A stretch of 64,000 bases of DNA from Candidatus Hermodarchaeota archaeon (GCA_016839365.1 JAEOUH010000071.1:26865-90864), one strand, 5' to 3'; positions 20,074 to 30,136 are shown, counted from the first letter of the stretch. Notes: generated from the letters alone by a model not told the origin. Made by a program: numbers and translations.

Positions 20074-20619
20074 ATGCGAATTAAAGCTCTTGTTGAGGGA
20101 CTTGAGGAGTTAGCCGTAGAACTTGGGGTTGAGGGATGGTCTGAGTTTCGAACCCCTGATCGCACACGCATTGATTATGCAATTACTAGAGGATCCCAAC
20201 GGCTACTTGCAGTGGAGTTTGAACAGTCACGAAAGTGGCTGTTTGCGCGAGTGCTTTATAATGCGATAAAAGCACAGCGTGCAGAATTTCCAGCTATTCT
20301 GTTTGTTTATCCTTTCTATGATCTCCCTCGAGCAGGTCGTTCATGGGTTCCAAATTATGTGGAAGATACCTTAGGGCTCCGATTAGCTTTATGTCATCCT
20401 CGCGATTGCCTTGTGAGTACTCGTACACTTATCTGTGAACAGTTGGATTTTCCAGTTCCAACCGAAATTATTGAGAGGGATTATGTCATATCTTCGAATA
20501 CGATGCCAGGATCACTGAAAGTAGGTGCAGAGGCTTGGAAGACTTTGAAATCTCGTTCAGCCTTTAAGAAACCTCAAAAACAACGAGTATCGAAAACATC
20601 AACAAGAAGAAAAAAATAG
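20074..20619 (+). CDS. Hypothetical protein with PD-(D/E)xK nuclease-like motif
   Basis: E..PDRTRID...LAVEFEQS pattern; basic C-terminal tail. Confidence 0.55.
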   Translation: MRIKALVEGLEELAVELGVEGWSEFRTPDRTRIDYAITRGSQRLLAVEFEQSRKWLFARVLYNAIKAQRAEFPAILFVYPFYDLPRAGRSWVPNYVEDTLGLRLALCHPRDCLVSTRTLICEQLDFPVPTEIIERDYVISSNTMPGSLKVGAEAWKTLKSRSAFKKPQKQRVSKTSTRRKK

Positions 20620-20706
20620 GCCATCGAATGAAATTTGATAATTGGGGCATGAAGCTTATAATCTCATAATATACAGTTTTGATAATGTCTGAGTAGGGGA
20701 ATAGAA

Positions 20707-21702
20707 ATGAGCGAGACAATTGATCAGGTTATATCCGATAGACTTGAAGTTCTCTCACGCACGACATTCCCTATTAACTACGTTTTCTCTAAGACCTTTG
20801 AATTTGCAGTTAAACATCGAGATTGTGCTTTGACAATTGTAACAAAGTCAGGCGCACAAGTGAACTTCACTATACCTGTCAAAGTGCATCCAAAGTTATT
20901 GGATCGGGAAGGAGCATTTACTTACCGAAGACGTTTGTATTATGTTAAAGAACTGAAAATCCTTGATAGCTTTTTGGTTCTCACCCAAGACCAACTTGAT
21001 CTACCCGAAAAACAAGAACCAAAAGAAAACGTTGGACTCTTTGTAAAAGCTGTAACACCCTATGTTGAAGCTGTGAATGAAGTCATTCGGCGACGATTCG
21101 GAACGATAGTGATCCGTATTTCCACTCGAGATAAGCCGATGGTCTTACATCGCCAATCGATGAAAGGAAAACAAATTCTTACTGCAAATGAACTTTTCTC
21201 AGAGACTGAAATTCTGTCAGAGCTCAGACTTGCGATTAAGGAGACTCTTTTCAGAAGTAAACCAGGTCCGAAAATCCAAGAAAAAGGGCAGGAAAAAACT
21301 CAAGAAACCACAGTGCAGGCTTCTTTTTTGACATTGGAGGATGGGCGAGTGATCCTTCATTCTCCCGGTAGTGTTCAAGCACAGGAATTTATTGAGCTGG
21401 GGAAGGTTCCTTACCGCTTTGATAGTAAGGAGGGTCCGATCACAGCTCGGGCGATTATTACTAGTTTTCTTCAATTTAAAGATCAGTCCATTGCTCAATT
21501 GCTTGAAGAGTATAGCGATTTGGCATTTCTTCCCTTTTTCTTCGATCTTTATTTGGAACAGGGTGGACCTCCAATTCGGAATATTGCTCTCTTTGATGGA
21601 AAACTGATAATTGGTCGAACTCCAGGATCAAATATTAATGAAGGAGCGTTTGAGATATTTTTGGCAAAATCTGGAATCGACAAACGTCTTTTGAAAAAAT
21701 GA
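20707..21702 (+). CDS. Hypothetical protein
   Basis: 331-aa ORF with purine-rich leader; no motif recognised. Confidence 0.65.
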   Translation: MSETIDQVISDRLEVLSRTTFPINYVFSKTFEFAVKHRDCALTIVTKSGAQVNFTIPVKVHPKLLDREGAFTYRRRLYYVKELKILDSFLVLTQDQLDLPEKQEPKENVGLFVKAVTPYVEAVNEVIRRRFGTIVIRISTRDKPMVLHRQSMKGKQILTANELFSETEILSELRLAIKETLFRSKPGPKIQEKGQEKTQETTVQASFLTLEDGRVILHSPGSVQAQEFIELGKVPYRFDSKEGPITARAIITSFLQFKDQSIAQLLEEYSDLAFLPFFFDLYLEQGGPPIRNIALFDGKLIIGRTPGSNINEGAFEIFLAKSGIDKRLLKK

Positions 21703-21732
21703 ATAGTGATTGGCTGACTAAGTGGAATGAAG

Positions 21733-22338
21733 TTATAGATTCTTCTTGATTGCATCGACACCAAGATTAAATGCGGTGAGATTGACATCCTTAAGTCGTC
21801 GTATTTTCGCGATTTCTTGTTCTAGAACAATGACATCTACAGGAGTGATGTGAGCCCCAGCTAGTGCCCCGACCATAACGGTATTCATGACTAAGGGATC
21901 TCCAGCTTGTTGGGCTAGATCTACCGCATCCAGAGTGTATATCTTAGAGCACAGTGTTCGAAGTCGTTTTTCAACTTCATTGATTGAAGGATATTCAAGT
22001 TGACCTGTGAGCACTTCAATAGGATATACAGGGTGCATGTTTACAATTGCTGTACTAGAAGGATTCAGGAATTTAGCGCCTACACGGAGTGCTTCAATAG
22101 GCTCAAAACCGAGTAGCAGATGGGCTGAGTGCTGTGGGATAAGGGGACCAACATCGTGTTTGCTTATCCGAATATGCGACATCACTGACCCCCCGCGTTG
22201 AGCAGCTCCGTAAGTTTCTCCGATTGCGACGAAATAGCCTTTAGCTATTGCCGCATCAGCGACTAAGCGTGAGGAGAGAACGTTTCCTTGACCACCTACA
22301 CCCGCAATCACGATGTTGAAAGGGTCGTCGTATTTCAT
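21733..22338 (-). CDS. iorB: Indolepyruvate:ferredoxin oxidoreductase beta subunit
   Basis: GVGGQG, GETYGAAQRGGSVMSHIR, FEPIEALR; start at MKYDD just after the iorA stop. Confidence 0.9.
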   Translation of the reverse strand: MKYDDPFNIVIAGVGGQGNVLSSRLVADAAIAKGYFVAIGETYGAAQRGGSVMSHIRISKHDVGPLIPQHSAHLLLGFEPIEALRVGAKFLNPSSTAIVNMHPVYPIEVLTGQLEYPSINEVEKRLRTLCSKIYTLDAVDLAQQAGDPLVMNTVMVGALAGAHITPVDVIVLEQEIAKIRRLKDVNLTAFNLGVDAIKKNL

Positions 22339-22343
22339 ACTTC

Positions 22344-24254
22344 TCACTCCTCTAAAAGATGGATCGCTTGATGGGGACACACATCCACACATACGCCACA
22401 TCCATTACACAATGTGGTCTCGATTAGAGCTTTGTCGGATTCATTGTCCCAGACACATGCTGGACAATTGAATTCGACAGAACAAATCTTACATTTATCT
22501 CCGAAACATTTGTCAGCCTCAACCATAAACATAGGGATGGATTCTTGTCGTTGCCTCCTCTGGCGATTGGTTATCAATGCACATTCTCGTCGAAAGACGA
22601 TAGCTTGGCTTTTATCGGAGTTTAAGGCTTTATAGACAGTATCAATTGATTCCTTGAGATTAAAGGGATCGACCACTGTAACCGACTGAAAGCCAATACC
22701 TTGAAGGACTCGTTCAATCGGAACTGTTGAGGTCACATCTCCTGTGGCACTCAATCCTGTTCCAGGATGAGGTTGAAATCCTGTCATTGCGGTTGCGTTG
22801 TTATCCAATACACAGACGATAGCCTTTGATTGATTGTAAACAATATTCACCAAAGCAGGAAGGCAAGCATGGTAGAATGTTGAATCACCAACTACTGCAA
22901 TAATTGGGTCCTTGAGGCCAAATTGGTCTAGCTTCCCTAGCCCACTTGCAATCCCAACTCCAGCACCCATTGAATGTTGGTTCTGCATCACACCATGATA
23001 AAACACACCCAGCGAGTAGCACCCAATATCTCCGGTGACAATCCCTTTGCCTTTATTTCGTTTGATGGCTCGGTAAATGCTATAATAGGTTGGTCTATGG
23101 GGACAACCGGTGCAGAAGGTGAGAAGGCGCCGTGGAACAATATTGGGAGCATCCTTTGCCATATTGACATATTCTTTCTGAGCAGCGGAGTAACTGAGAG
23201 CTTTGAGAGCGGCAATCGACTTAAGCGCTTGGTTGATATCAACTTCCCCAAAGACTGGAACATGTCCTGTTAATTTTCCAAAGAATTGTGGAGTAGAATT
23301 GGATGACAGTTCCGTGGCAAGGCTTCGAATTTGTGTTTCTAGATAAGGATCGACTTCTTCAAAGAAGAGTACTTCAGAGGTTTTCTTCAATCGATCAAGA
23401 ATCATTGCCTTGGGTAATGGTGAAAGAGTAGCAATCCGAAGAATGCCAACATCTTTCAATTGGAGAAGATCAACCGCCTCTCGAACGTATTTCCAAGCTA
23501 TACCCGATGTGATAATTAGCAAAGAGGGTTTAGGAGGTCCATCATATAGATTCAATGTAGATTTTTCAAATTCCTCAACGCGAATTTTATCCAGCCGCGT
23601 ATGCAAATCACCATGCCGCAAATGGGGACGAGGAAGATTGTGTAAAGGGAGATTATAATCGAAAGTGGCAGTTCTTTTAGTTTTAGAAACTTTACCAAGT
23701 TTGAAAGGAGCACGACTGTGAGCTAATCGTGTTGTTTCTCGCACCATGACGATTACGCCATGCTTTTCCGATAACTCAAAGGCGTATGGAATGATATCCT
23801 TTGCTTCTTGATGAGTAGAGGGTTCGAGTACAACAATATCTGAATAAAATCCAAGAGGCCGTGCATCGCCCTCAGTTGTTGAACTGTGAGCAAACGGATC
23901 ATCAGCGACAACCAGAACCAATCCACCAGGCCCATGACCAGTATAGGCGATATTAATGAGCGAATCGAGGATAACAAAAAACCCATTAAGTTTCATGGAA
24001 GCCATGGCACGTAGACCAGTCCAAGCTGCAGCGGTTGCAGCTTCAAAAGCGACCTTTTCATTGACACTCCATTCAACATAGATTCCAGCATCCTTAGAAA
24101 TTGTAGCCAAATTTTCTAAAATCTCTGAAGATGGTGTGCCAGGATATGCTGCAGCGAAATGGACACCTGCCTCGAAGGCTCCACGGGCAATCGCATCATT
24201 GCCCAGGCCAATAACTATGTCACCGGTTTTCCCGGTCATTGGTGAATTACTCAT
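22344..24254 (-). CDS. iorA: Indolepyruvate:ferredoxin oxidoreductase alpha subunit
   Basis: GNDAIARGA, YPGTPSSE, NEKVA, CTGCPHR, GDIGCY, GDSTFYH (TPP), C-terminal ferredoxin domain. Confidence 0.93.
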   Translation of the reverse strand: MSNSPMTGKTGDIVIGLGNDAIARGAFEAGVHFAAAYPGTPSSEILENLATISKDAGIYVEWSVNEKVAFEAATAAAWTGLRAMASMKLNGFFVILDSLINIAYTGHGPGGLVLVVADDPFAHSSTTEGDARPLGFYSDIVVLEPSTHQEAKDIIPYAFELSEKHGVIVMVRETTRLAHSRAPFKLGKVSKTKRTATFDYNLPLHNLPRPHLRHGDLHTRLDKIRVEEFEKSTLNLYDGPPKPSLLIITSGIAWKYVREAVDLLQLKDVGILRIATLSPLPKAMILDRLKKTSEVLFFEEVDPYLETQIRSLATELSSNSTPQFFGKLTGHVPVFGEVDINQALKSIAALKALSYSAAQKEYVNMAKDAPNIVPRRLLTFCTGCPHRPTYYSIYRAIKRNKGKGIVTGDIGCYSLGVFYHGVMQNQHSMGAGVGIASGLGKLDQFGLKDPIIAVVGDSTFYHACLPALVNIVYNQSKAIVCVLDNNATAMTGFQPHPGTGLSATGDVTSTVPIERVLQGIGFQSVTVVDPFNLKESIDTVYKALNSDKSQAIVFRRECALITNRQRRQRQESIPMFMVEADKCFGDKCKICSVEFNCPACVWDNESDKALIETTLCNGCGVCVDVCPHQAIHLLEE

Positions 24255-24427
24255 TGCTTTCTACACTCTCGTAATGAGCATAAGTATAATGGAGTGACTA
24301 AGTGAGAGACCTGAGAAAATAAAACCTTTTAGCCACAACCAACATCCAAAGAAAAAATCAAAACGGTCATCTTTTTCATCAACTTCAGAGTGGAGGATTA
24401 TAAATGAGGTCCAAGGAAACTGCAAAC

Positions 24428-25276
24428 ATGAAAGTGGTTGATTTTCATTTACACATAGGAAAACGGGAACATTGGAACCCAGCTATTCATGCACTTTTTC
24501 AAAAACTTAACCCGGGACTTTATGAAATCCAAGACGAGGTTATGATACCAGAAAACATCGTTAGGATGCTCGATAGTTGTGGAATAGATTGGGCTGTTAT
24601 TTTAGCTGAAAATTCCCCAGAAGTTACTGGAGTAGTAACCAACGAATTCGTTGCTGAATTCTGTGAAAATCACTTAGATCGCCTCATTCCATTTTGTTCG
24701 GTTGATCCCACTGAAGATTCCAATCCCGCTAAGACTCTTGAACACGCGATCAAAACTCTTGGGATGCGTGGATTGAAGCTCTATCCAACATACCAGCACT
24801 TTTATCCGAATGCATATGCAACCTCCAATGATTGGGAGAAGTTGTGGAAATTATACGAAACTGCAGAGACTCTCGATGTTCCTGTTATGTTTCATACGGG
24901 AACCAGTATTTTTCCGAATGCCCGGTTGAAATATGGAAACCCGATGTTCTTAGATGATGTCGCAACCGACTTTCCGAAAATGCCTGTGATCATCGTTCAT
25001 GGTGGAAGAGGTCCATGGTTTGAAATGGCTTTCTATGTGACACGGCTCCATTCGAATACCTACCTTGAGGTTTCCGGTTTGCCTCCGAATAATCTACTCC
25101 GATATTTTCCGCAACTTGAGGTAATTGCTGATAAAGTCCTTTTTGGTAGTGATTGGCCGGGAGTTCTTAGTATAGCTGAAAACATCGAAGCGATTCGAAA
25201 TCTTAACATAAGCAAAAAAACAAAGAAACAAATTCTTGGCGAGAACGCCATCAAATTACTCAAACTGGACTCCTAA
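24428..25276 (+). CDS. Amidohydrolase_2 family metal-dependent hydrolase (BzdT-like context)
   Basis: DFHLH, GLKLYP, FHTG, VHGG, FGSDWP. Confidence 0.85.
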   Translation: MKVVDFHLHIGKREHWNPAIHALFQKLNPGLYEIQDEVMIPENIVRMLDSCGIDWAVILAENSPEVTGVVTNEFVAEFCENHLDRLIPFCSVDPTEDSNPAKTLEHAIKTLGMRGLKLYPTYQHFYPNAYATSNDWEKLWKLYETAETLDVPVMFHTGTSIFPNARLKYGNPMFLDDVATDFPKMPVIIVHGGRGPWFEMAFYVTRLHSNTYLEVSGLPPNNLLRYFPQLEVIADKVLFGSDWPGVLSIAENIEAIRNLNISKKTKKQILGENAIKLLKLDS

Positions 25277-25293
25277 AAACCAGGATTCATCCC

Positions 25294-25521
25294 TCATTTA
25301 GGTCGCGTAAAGATGGTAACGAGAGTACAATTATCAGATTGAATACACTCATCACAGGTTCGATCAGTCTCAACATCAGCTGTCGGAAAGATCAGCACCT
25401 CAAAACCTAATTCCTCATAATTGGCTTTGTATTCGGGAGCACGATGCTTTTCAATACTGAATCGTTTTTCCCACCCCTGTTGTCCTAACTCTTTATCTGT
25501 CGGAGTATCCATCGAAATCAC
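25294..25521 (-). CDS. Small CxxC protein at the end of the bzd operon
   Basis: GWEKRF...YEELGFEV...CDEC...IFTR; starts 26 nt after the bzdV-like stop. Confidence 0.65.
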   Translation of the reverse strand: MISMDTPTDKELGQQGWEKRFSIEKHRAPEYKANYEELGFEVLIFPTADVETDRTCDECIQSDNCTLVTIFTRPK

Positions 25522-25547
25522 CCGAAATAATTGAGAGCTTATTTTGT

Positions 25548-28058
25548 TTAGAACAGGTCATCAAGTTCATCTTCACCTGGAATTTTCCCATGATCTTGTA
25601 CGTACTGTTGGAGAAGCTCAGTTTCTCGTTTTGTGTACATAGGGTCTTCTTCAAACTGGAAGAGTTTCGCATTGGGCTGCTGGGTTATCTGCTCTTTCAA
25701 TGCTGCTTGAAGGCTATCAGTTCCTTTGATAATTAACACCGTCTTTTCCGAGTCTGCGAGCGTAAATACACCAGGGCCTAATGGAACCTGATCAATTTCC
25801 TTTTTTACAAAGAGTAGCCACGCTTCTGGAGGCATGGTGAGTTGAGTCAATAATAATCTGAGGTCACATTGCAGACAGCGCTGAGCTTCCTTTTGTGCCA
25901 CTTCAAGTGGAAGGGCTAGCTCAACCTCTTCAAAGGATGAAACGCGATCATTTTTTGGAAGTAATGGCAATTTGGGGCGGCCCCATTTGTAGAAGTCCTC
26001 ATCATGTCCCAATTGATGGTTGATTATTGGATCACCTGCAAGACGCTCAACAAGAATGCCTGTGCCGCCCAAGTAGGTATCAATCTGCGAAGCGGCTTGT
26101 CGACCAGTTGCCATTGCTTCCACCACGGAGGTGGGTCCAGTAACCACATCGCCAGCCACAAAAATCCCACTTATTTGGGATTCCCAAGTGTTCTCTTTCG
26201 TTGCTAAGGTTCCCTCTTCTTTTAGTTTCAGTTCTAATCCCTTACTGATTTTGGACAGGTCAACTGATTGACCAACCGCAAAGAAGACAGTATCAGCGGT
26301 GATCGTTTGCAATGTTTCTTCATCAAAGCTAGGATTGAAGCAACCTTCCTCATCGAATACACAGGTACACCGGATTAATTCAACCCCAGAGACCTTTCCA
26401 TTTTCACACAGAATCCGTCGAGGCCCCCAAGAAGTATGAAGCTCAACACCTTCATCAACAGCTTCAGAGATTTCCCATTCATGAGCTGGCATTTCTTCAT
26501 CAGTTTCTAAACAGGTAAGCATCACTTTTTCAGCGCCTAAACGAATAGAGGTCCGCGCAACATCAATTGCTACGCTTCCACCACCAACAACAATGACTTC
26601 TTTACCAAGATCTGGTTTATCTCCTGCATTCACTTTTTTTAGAAAATCTAATCCATTGTAAACGCCTGTGAAATCATGCCCTTCAATCAGTAGATCTTTA
26701 CCCACTTGTGTCCCGATAGCCAGTAACACAACATCAAAATCGTTTCTTAATTGAGTAACAGAGATTTCTTCACCAATGGGAGTTCCCGTTTTCATCTTGA
26801 CACCCATGTCAGTAAGAACCTGGATGTCAGCTTCTAGAACTGTTCGTGGTAGCCGATAAGATGGAATCCCAGATCGAAGCATTCCTCCGGGCTCCATTTG
26901 CTCTTCAAAGATGGTTACATCATGCCCCAATCGGGCAAGGTAGAATGCGGCACTTAGACCAGCAGGTCCAGAGCCGACGATACCAACACGTTTTCCTGTT
27001 GATTTAGAAATCGATAATTCTGATTGCCATTGACGGGTATCATTCTCAACTGCAGTTCGTTTGAGTCCCATTATGCATAAAGCACCATTGAGATCTGTTC
27101 GGCGACATTTCTCTTCACAGGGATGATGGCATACATGAGCTAGCACGGATGGGAGTGCAGCCTTTTCGCGAATAACAGCAGTGGCTTGTGTATAATCACC
27201 TGCTGCTACCAGACGAAGGTATCGCGGAATATCAATTTCCAAAGGACAATTATTGACACAGGGCAATAGGACGGCTTCTCGGTCAGCCCAGATTACTTCC
27301 TGATCTAACAACGCACCAGTGGGACAGACTTCCACGCACGCCCCACAGAATTTACAACCAGATTCACCCAGACTTATAGCCTTTGATCCAACAAGTAATT
27401 GTTTCCCATCAAAAGCCATTCCCAGTGCATCAATGTCACGTAGGTCACTACAGGCCCTAATACAACGAGTGCATCCAATGCATAAATTGTAATTGCGGAT
27501 GATTAGTGGTTCATCTTCAATTTTCGGAAGCTTTTGAGGAACGTAGCGAGGGGTGTCTTCCCGAATGCCCACATATTCTGCTACTTTCTGCAGTTCACAA
27601 CGTCCAAATTTCTCACAACATCTTTCATCAACTGGAACATTGGGTGGGCAAGGTTCACGGGCACAACCTTCTCGTTGTGCACAGGTCAAACATGCATGGG
27701 GGTGAGTAGATAATATTGATACTAGCTTTTCTTGGCGGTGTGCAACAATTGCTGGTGTGTCAATAAATACAACCATTCCTTCCTCAACAACGGTGTCACA
27801 AGCCTGAAGAATTCCATCACGCCCTTCAATTTCAATTGCACAGAGGCCACAGCCCTCATAATCTACGTTCCCTCCAATGTTCTTGATTTCTTGAGACCCG
27901 CGAAAGACATTGCCAGTAGTTTTCTTTCCCACTCCAGATGGTAAATCGGGGTGATAACACAAGCGAGGGATATACAAATCCACAGATTCTGCCGCAGTTA
28001 GTATGCTTGAGCCCTCATCTACTTCAGCTTCGATGCCATTTATTGTCAGTTTTACCAT
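25548..28058 (-). CDS. bzdV: BzdV-like NAD(P)H:ferredoxin oxidoreductase (NuoG-like Fe-S N-terminus, GltD-like FAD module, GIY-YIG-like tail)
   Basis: IPRLC/CGLC/QAC 2Fe-2S, HPHACLTC, two ferredoxin motifs, CVNNCP/CHHPCE, GSGPAG, GGGSVA, AGD; lies in the bzdNOPQM operon. Confidence 0.8.
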   Translation of the reverse strand: MVKLTINGIEAEVDEGSSILTAAESVDLYIPRLCYHPDLPSGVGKKTTGNVFRGSQEIKNIGGNVDYEGCGLCAIEIEGRDGILQACDTVVEEGMVVFIDTPAIVAHRQEKLVSILSTHPHACLTCAQREGCAREPCPPNVPVDERCCEKFGRCELQKVAEYVGIREDTPRYVPQKLPKIEDEPLIIRNYNLCIGCTRCIRACSDLRDIDALGMAFDGKQLLVGSKAISLGESGCKFCGACVEVCPTGALLDQEVIWADREAVLLPCVNNCPLEIDIPRYLRLVAAGDYTQATAVIREKAALPSVLAHVCHHPCEEKCRRTDLNGALCIMGLKRTAVENDTRQWQSELSISKSTGKRVGIVGSGPAGLSAAFYLARLGHDVTIFEEQMEPGGMLRSGIPSYRLPRTVLEADIQVLTDMGVKMKTGTPIGEEISVTQLRNDFDVVLLAIGTQVGKDLLIEGHDFTGVYNGLDFLKKVNAGDKPDLGKEVIVVGGGSVAIDVARTSIRLGAEKVMLTCLETDEEMPAHEWEISEAVDEGVELHTSWGPRRILCENGKVSGVELIRCTCVFDEEGCFNPSFDEETLQTITADTVFFAVGQSVDLSKISKGLELKLKEEGTLATKENTWESQISGIFVAGDVVTGPTSVVEAMATGRQAASQIDTYLGGTGILVERLAGDPIINHQLGHDEDFYKWGRPKLPLLPKNDRVSSFEEVELALPLEVAQKEAQRCLQCDLRLLLTQLTMPPEAWLLFVKKEIDQVPLGPGVFTLADSEKTVLIIKGTDSLQAALKEQITQQPNAKLFQFEEDPMYTKRETELLQQYVQDHGKIPGEDELDDLF

Positions 28059-28123
28059 TGGCTTCCACCTTCTCGAAGAGGCTTTGGTGCATAAAGTTGG
28101 TATGGGTGACGATTATATTGTGA

Positions 28124-28435
28124 TTAGAGCATCTGCCCTTTTGCAGTGCTAAGGAAATGGGTAATAGCTTGAGTTGGGCAAGCTGATACACAAGGGGGGT
28201 CATCGTCCCCGCCTGTTTTCTTACAGGGAGCACAACTGTATTTGAGCTTGTGTCGATGTTCCTCTTGGACACTCATGATGTTGCCATCATCAATATCGAA
28301 ATCGTTTGGGATAACTTCTAACACTGATGCAGGACAGACTTCAGCACATTTACCACACCCATCGCATTTGGCTGTATCCAAAGCGATGAAATATTCCCCG
28401 GAACCATCCTTGTACCCGTAATTAGCAATCAACAT
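28124..28435 (-). CDS. bzdM: Benzoyl-CoA reductase-associated ferredoxin
   Basis: ANYGYKDGSGEYFI N-terminus, CDGCGKCAEVCP, CAPC..CVSACP; directly follows bzdQ. Confidence 0.82.
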   Translation of the reverse strand: MLIANYGYKDGSGEYFIALDTAKCDGCGKCAEVCPASVLEVIPNDFDIDDGNIMSVQEEHRHKLKYSCAPCKKTGGDDDPPCVSACPTQAITHFLSTAKGQML

Positions 28436-28450
28436 TATCACCTAGATAAA

Positions 28451-29350
28451 TTAGCCTTGAGAGCGTTCGTAGAGTACCTTTGCAAAAAGTGCGGCTCCTG
28501 CCGCACCAGCCAGCATCGGATCAAAACGTGGGTCACCACGCCATTGGTCCGGTTTGAGGGCCTGAATTCCCAGCTCTTTTTCAACACGTTTGACGATTCC
28601 AATGTTTTTGGCAATCCCACCTGTGATGACGAATTCTTTCTCGATACCCACTCGATTGAGCAGATCAACGACACGATGGGCCATGGCTTGGCAATAGGCG
28701 GCCAAAACCTCATCTTTTGACCAGCCACTGCGAAGAAGACCCACAGCTTCAGACTTGGCGAAGACTACACAGGTGCTACTTACTGATTGGGGTTCCTCTT
28801 TTACAGCAAGGGATCTGTCTCCGACTTCCTGAATAGGGACAGAGAGTAGATCGGCAAACACTTCCATACCTCGACCAGTTCCTGCTGCGCATTTATCATT
28901 CATCAGGAAGTTCTGGACTTTACCTTTTTCATCAACGCGAATGGCTTTGCAATCCTGTCCGCCCATATCGAGAACCGTTCGAACAGTAGGTCCCCACATG
29001 AAATTAGCTCCACGACCATGACAGGCAATCTCAGTAATTGCCTTTTGTGCGAAGGGAATGTTAACTCGTCCATACCCAGTTCCTACAACATAATTCACTT
29101 CTTTGAGGGTCAGTCCAGTATCCTCAAGAGCCCAGTTCATTGTTCGTTCAGCACTATCAGGACTGCTGGAGCCGGTTCGCATGACACTCTGTGCAAATAC
29201 TTCTCCATCTACCATGATTACAGTCTTTGAACTGACAGATCCGATGTCGACCCCTCCACTGATGACCTTCCCTTTCGTGGGATCGATGCCTTCGACTGTG
29301 TGTCGGTATTCCGGCCATCTCCAGAATTCTTCTTTGCTCATTTTCATCAC
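28451..29350 (-). CDS. bzdQ: Benzoyl-CoA reductase (Bzd type) ATP-binding subunit Q
   Basis: EFWRWPE leader, GVDIGS, GTGYGR, DMGGQD, MNDKCAAGTG, CVVFAKSE (ASKHA activator). Confidence 0.88.
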   Translation of the reverse strand: MMKMSKEEFWRWPEYRHTVEGIDPTKGKVISGGVDIGSVSSKTVIMVDGEVFAQSVMRTGSSSPDSAERTMNWALEDTGLTLKEVNYVVGTGYGRVNIPFAQKAITEIACHGRGANFMWGPTVRTVLDMGGQDCKAIRVDEKGKVQNFLMNDKCAAGTGRGMEVFADLLSVPIQEVGDRSLAVKEEPQSVSSTCVVFAKSEAVGLLRSGWSKDEVLAAYCQAMAHRVVDLLNRVGIEKEFVITGGIAKNIGIVKRVEKELGIQALKPDQWRGDPRFDPMLAGAAGAALFAKVLYERSQG

Positions 29351-30123
29351 TCCTTTACTCTTTCCTGAGCGACCAGGGCAGCCCCATAAGCACTCACATA
29401 CTCAGGAAACTCAGGCACATGAACTTCCACCCCTAATCCATGTTTCATCGAGTCCACAAAGCCCACATCATAGGCGAGTCCCCCAATCAAAAGAACGTCT
29501 TCAGTTATCCCAAGCCTTCGCACCATTGACACCACTCGTTCAGCAATTGCATCATGAATCGCACGAGCAATGTTTGCTTTGGGGGTCTGATTGTGAATGA
29601 GTGAGACGACTTCAGATTCCGCAAAGACCGTACATTGTGCATTCATGGGAACAGCTTCAGTGGCTTTCAAAGACATTGGACCCATCTGTCCCAATTCGAC
29701 TTCCAATGCACGAGACATGGCTTCAACAAATGCGCCTGCCCCAGCAGCACACCGTTCATTCACCACAAAGTCCTTCATACTCCCAGTTTCATCACATTTG
29801 ACCGCACGTGCTTCCTCAGCCCCGACATCAATAATGGTCCGAGCAGTGGCTAGCAATTTGACCCCTGCTTTAGCATTTGCTCCCACTTCACTGACACTAT
29901 CAGCCGCAAAATCCACTGATCCTTGGCCAATTCCAGTTTCAGTGATGTGCACAATATCCTCAATCTTCAACTCCGCTGCCTTAAGGGCCATCTCAGAGGC
30001 AGCCTTAGCTGCAATTTTCAGATCGAATCCCGTAAGGGCGGAACCACGAGCAACTATCTTGTCATCATTGAGAATAACAACTTTCACATTCTTTGCGCCA
30101 AAATCGATTCCTGCAGTAATCAC
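29347..30123 (-). CDS. bzdP: Benzoyl-CoA reductase (Bzd type) ATP-binding subunit P
   Basis: GTG start after GGAGGTG; AGIDFG, DVGAEE, NERCAAGAG, CTVFAESE. Confidence 0.88.
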   Translation of the reverse strand: MITAGIDFGAKNVKVVILNDDKIVARGSALTGFDLKIAAKAASEMALKAAELKIEDIVHITETGIGQGSVDFAADSVSEVGANAKAGVKLLATARTIIDVGAEEARAVKCDETGSMKDFVVNERCAAGAGAFVEAMSRALEVELGQMGPMSLKATEAVPMNAQCTVFAESEVVSLIHNQTPKANIARAIHDAIAERVVSMVRRLGITEDVLLIGGLAYDVGFVDSMKHGLGVEVHVPEFPEYVSAYGAALVAQERVKE

Positions 30124-30136
30124 CTGTTTACACCTC

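Noticed and set aside
28059-28165. Atypical BzdM C-terminus as a frameshift, insertion or SECIS element
   Set aside because: All Cys ligands are present, there is no in-frame TGA and no convincing hairpin; cannot be supported without an alignment.
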